Of a stretch of 64,000 nt of DNA, positions 60,911-64,000 are shown piece by piece. The translations under genes were made by a program, and so were the position numbers. The DNA lies in contig CAXXNF010000002.1 of the NCBI GenBank assembly GCA_963666365.2, forward strand, positions 1,696,001 to 1,760,000. The letters run 5' to 3'. The notes below the pieces were generated by a model, which worked only from the letters and a program-made list of their open reading frames with translations, was not told where the DNA came from and did no database searches. Every line of letters begins with the position of its first letter. Positions within the stretch are counted from its first letter, which is position 1. This DNA comes from Syntrophales bacterium (GTDB lineage: Bacteria > Desulfobacterota > Syntrophia > Syntrophales > UBA2210).

Positions 60911-62274
60911 CTCCTGAGCCCATACCGAATCATCTTCAATTGCAGTCCCTTTCGGCTGAGCCCCAGTTTCCTGGCTGCCTGCGACACATTCCCCTCGCAG
61001 GCCTCGAGCACATCGGCTATCATTCCCCGCTCGATGGACTCGGTCCGTTCCCTGAGTATGTTCTTAAAGGAACCCGCATCGCCCACTTTTAAGGCGCCAC
61101 TTTCGGCCGGTGCGACGTACCGCATTTCTTCCGGAAGATCGCTCACCCGAAGGGTCCTTTCTTTTGCCAGAAGGACGAGCCGTTCCATAAGGTTTTCCAT
61201 TTCACGTATGTTCCCGGGCCATGCGTATTTGCGAAAGTGTTCACACACCTGCGGTTCCACCGTTTCGACGCGGCGGTTCAGTTTCCGGTTGAACTTGTCA
61301 AGAAAATACTGAAATAAAAGTTCTATATCCTCTTCCCGATCGCGCAGAGGGGGAAGGGTAACGGGCAGCACGTTCAGACGGTAGAAGAGATCCTCTCTGA
61401 AGCGCCCTTCCCCCACATCTTTGCGAAGATCGCGATTGGTCGCGGCGATGAGACGGACATCGACCTTGATGGTCTCAAGCCCCCCTACGCGTTCGAACTC
61501 CTGATCCTGAAGAACCCGAAGCAGTTTTGCCTGCATGTCCCGCGGCAGTTCCCCCACTTCGTCGAGAAAAAGAGTGCCTCTGTGGGCCTGTTCGAAACGG
61601 CCGAACTTGCGGCCGGCAGCGCCGGTAAAAGCGCCCTTTTCATAACCGAAAAGTTCGCTTTCCATCAGGTTTTCAGGAATCGCGGCACAATTGATTTTAA
61701 TGAAGGGAGCATCCTTGCGGGGACTTTGCCGGTGAATCGCCCGGGCGATAAGCTCTTTGCCGGTACCCGTCTCACCCCGCACAAGTACGGTGGTGGTTGT
61801 GGGCGCCACCGTGCCTATGATTTCGTATATTTCCGCCATCGACGGACCCGATCCGATAATGTCGCAAAATTCTCCATCGGTGGAACCGGGGACAATCTCA
61901 CCCTCGCTGAGGCACTTTGTCGTTACCGCTTTTCCCACGATGTGTTTCAGCTCTTCCTGATCGAAGGGTTTGGTGATGTAATCGAAGGCGCCCTGTTTGA
62001 CCGCTTCAACGGCATTTGCGATCGTCCCGTGGGCGGTAATAATAATAACGGGAATGGATGGGTATTCTTTCTCTATGCGCGCCAAAAGCCCGAGGCCGTC
62101 GAGGCGGGGCATTTTGAGATCGGTGACCACCACGTCTACACAATCCCTATCCACTATCTCACAGGCCTCAAGACCGTCGGAGGCGGCCAGGATCCGATAG
62201 CCCTCCTTTTTGAGCATTGCGGCCAGTACGACCCGCATATTTTTTTCGTCGTCAACAACGAGAATCGTCGCCAT
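60907..62274 (-). CDS. NtrC/AtoC-type sigma54 response regulator
   Basis: Receiver VDDE...TDLKMP; GETGTGKE; GAFTGA; WPGNIRE; Fis-type HTH. Confidence 0.94.
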   Translation of the reverse strand: MATILVVDDEKNMRVVLAAMLKKEGYRILAASDGLEACEIVDRDCVDVVVTDLKMPRLDGLGLLARIEKEYPSIPVIIITAHGTIANAVEAVKQGAFDYITKPFDQEELKHIVGKAVTTKCLSEGEIVPGSTDGEFCDIIGSGPSMAEIYEIIGTVAPTTTTVLVRGETGTGKELIARAIHRQSPRKDAPFIKINCAAIPENLMESELFGYEKGAFTGAAGRKFGRFEQAHRGTLFLDEVGELPRDMQAKLLRVLQDQEFERVGGLETIKVDVRLIAATNRDLRKDVGEGRFREDLFYRLNVLPVTLPPLRDREEDIELLFQYFLDKFNRKLNRRVETVEPQVCEHFRKYAWPGNIREMENLMERLVLLAKERTLRVSDLPEEMRYVAPAESGALKVGDAGSFKNILRERTESIERGMIADVLEACEGNVSQAARKLGLSRKGLQLKMIRYGLRR

Positions 62275-62460
62275 CGTTATTCGGAACCATCACTTTGCCT
62301 GTTGTCATGAAACCTCTTACTCTCAGTCACCTGGTCTGGAATGCCCGTCCTGTTAAGCCAATGTGGAAAATCGCAGCTGTGCTCTTGAATCAAGGCTATA
62401 TGCGGCAGGGTTAATGCAGCGCGCTGTCCCGGTGAATCCTCGGGTCTCAATTATGAAGGC

Positions 62461-62489
62461 ATCTTAGAAGGGAAGTGTTCCGCTGTCAA
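62461..62489 (-). promoter_or_regulatory. Putative sigma70 promoter of the regulator-purL-purQ unit
   Basis: TTGACA-17nt-TAAGAT. Confidence 0.65.
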
Positions 62490-62493
62490 GACC

Positions 62494-62543
62494 AAATCTG
62501 ATGAACAATCCATTGGTAAGCCAATGGATTGTTCATCAGATTT
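62494..62543. repeat. Perfect 23-bp inverted repeat with 4-nt spacer
   Basis: AAATCTGATGAACAATCCATTGG-TAAG-CCAATGGATTGTTCATCAGATTT. Confidence 0.92.
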
Positions 62544-62662
62544 TGATGCCTTAATAGTTCCTATTACCCCTGAAGGACAAAGACCGCCTGTATCAAACAT
62601 CATTGATGCATCAGGATCCAATGTTTCGCAACAGCCTATGTCATGAACTCAGAAGAATGAAT

Positions 62663-63304
62663 TTATTTTTCTATGGGTAATATAATCACCGGCACCGTTG
62701 CTTTTTCGCTGAAGCGTTCGGCGTCGTCCAGGGAACCGATGCCTTCCCCCACATGCATGGGCACGGCCACTTTCGGTCCTAGGGCTGCAGCCGCTTCAAC
62801 GGCTTCCTCGGCAGTCATCACATAGGTCCCGCTCACCGGCAGCAACGCGATATCCGGGCGCAGATCGCGCATCTCCGGAATAAAATCCGCATCACCCGTA
62901 TGATAGATCACGACTCCCTTGACCGTGATCAGATACCCCACATGGCCGGCCTCTTTCGGATGAAAGGGATTTCCGGGGCTGTGGAATTTGTTGATATTGT
63001 ACGCCGGAACGGCCCTGATTGTAACACCCTTGACCGTCAACTCGTCACCTGCCGTTACGACCCTTATATTGCCGGAAAGTCCCTCGGCCGCCTTTGCAAT
63101 AGTGACGATGAGCGTGTCTTCCTTCTGGATTTTCGCCACATCCTCCGGCGACGCGTGATCATAGTGTTCATGAGTGATCAGAATCAGATCAGCTTTGGGC
63201 CCTCCCTTAAGCCTGTAAGGATCAATATAGATCACGGCGCCGTCACTGTCGATCCGAAAGCTGTCATGCCCCAACCACTTGATATTCGATATCATTTCTT
63301 CCAT
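62663..63304 (-). CDS. MBL-fold metallo-hydrolase
   Basis: WLGHDSF, IDPY, THEHYDH, YHTGD, PMH; GGAGG RBS. Confidence 0.92.
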   Translation of the reverse strand: MEEMISNIKWLGHDSFRIDSDGAVIYIDPYRLKGGPKADLILITHEHYDHASPEDVAKIQKEDTLIVTIAKAAEGLSGNIRVVTAGDELTVKGVTIRAVPAYNINKFHSPGNPFHPKEAGHVGYLITVKGVVIYHTGDADFIPEMRDLRPDIALLPVSGTYVMTAEEAVEAAAALGPKVAVPMHVGEGIGSLDDAERFSEKATVPVIILPIEK

Positions 63305-63439
63305 TTCCGCCTCCTTCTGTTTGAAAACAGTGCCTGTCTCAAATACCCCCGCACAGCAACATGGCAACGGAATCACCATACCTCCAAACTATAGATGAGC
63401 CGTTATATATGTCAAGAAATATGTATGATGTCCTCGGAT

Positions 63440-64000
63440 TTATAGTATTAATATCATTGCAATACATACCATAATTGTCACAAATATTGATGTCCCTGGG
63501 AAAGGTTTTATTACATACTGACTGACCGCATAGGCGCAAACAATCGACAACACAGACACAAGACCAAATTTCACTATACCCGGAAGGCCGGGAACTGCAA
63601 ATAAAATGAGTTGAAATATAAGCACAAAGATATAGTGCGACAGGTATATATTGTATGAATTTGACCCCATATTCTCGTCAAAACGGGTGGGACGGTTCCA
63701 GTATCGTACACCCAGGGAGGCCAAAAATCCCAAAGCCGCTATGGTCAGGAAGTTGAGAATAAGAAAAAATAGCGCTCCATGGATTTCTTTCAAGTGATTC
63801 GGGCCGTTCAGTATTTGGTGATGGACCCAGAGGTACACAATCAAGAGACCGGCACATGATAGTGTCCATGTCTTGAAATGACCGGGGAATTTTCCCCGCT
63901 CAATCCATTTGTTCCTGTATGTTATCAGACCAAATGCAAAATAAATAATGTAGAAAAAGAGACGTGACGGACGAAATTGGATGATATTCCCCAGCGTAAA
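63440..64000 (-). CDS. Acyltransferase family 3 (OpgC/OafA-like) membrane protein, C-terminal part
   Basis: Frame is open to the window end (FTLGNIIQFRPSRLFFYIIYFAFG...); hydrophobic; SYNIYLSH motif. Confidence 0.75.
   Translation of the reverse strand, partial: FTLGNIIQFRPSRLFFYIIYFAFGLITYRNKWIERGKFPGHFKTWTLSCAGLLIVYLWVHHQILNGPNHLKEIHGALFFLILNFLTIAALGFLASLGVRYWNRPTRFDENMGSNSYNIYLSHYIFVLIFQLILFAVPGLPGIVKFGLVSVLSIVCAYAVSQYVIKPFPGTSIFVTIMVCIAMILIL

Noticed and set aside
59930..61312. Long antisense ORFs (also 3435-4499, 8834-9760, 14619-15611, 26037-26981, 53924-54829)
   Set aside because: Shadow frames opposite well-supported genes in GC-rich DNA, with no recognisable motifs
63440..63844. 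Short 134-aa ORF as a complete gene
   Set aside because: The frame stays open to position 64000, so it is the tail of a gene starting outside the window

Overview
Chromosomal window from an anaerobic deltaproteobacterium. The gene content (PurSL-type purL, many sigma54 activators, several NDP-forming acyl-CoA synthetases) suggests a Syntrophales/Desulfobacterota-like organism, but this is inference. It holds about 45 CDS, a tRNA-Gln(CTG) and the 5' part of a tRNA-Ser(CGA). I saw no CRISPR array, rRNA, integrase or transposase. The theme is acyl-CoA and redox metabolism. Highlights: (1) A visibly AT-richer cluster at about 34-48 kb looks like a sigma54 regulon. It has an AcoR-like GAF-PAS activator, three clear -24/-12 promoters and a shared 18-bp enhancer-like site. 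It encodes an M20 amidohydrolase, a family III CoA-transferase, a TRAP transporter, two C-GCAxxG-C-C proteins and two 4-hydroxybutyryl-CoA dehydratase (AbfD)-like paralogs. One paralog is intact but has lost catalytic motifs, so this may be an undescribed heteromeric enzyme and catabolic pathway. (2) A MacAB-TolC-type exporter has a cytoplasmic PAS plus coiled-coil sensor module fused to its periplasmic adaptor. (3) A second sigma54 operon encodes FadH-like, FabK-like, flavodoxin-SCP2 and quinone oxidoreductase proteins and has visible enhancer sites. (4) A chimeric acyl-CoA ligase/TRAP pseudogene marks a deletion scar. (5) There are several unexplained palindromes, long leaders and a heptamer repeat tract. 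All functional calls come from motif recognition by eye; no database search was run.
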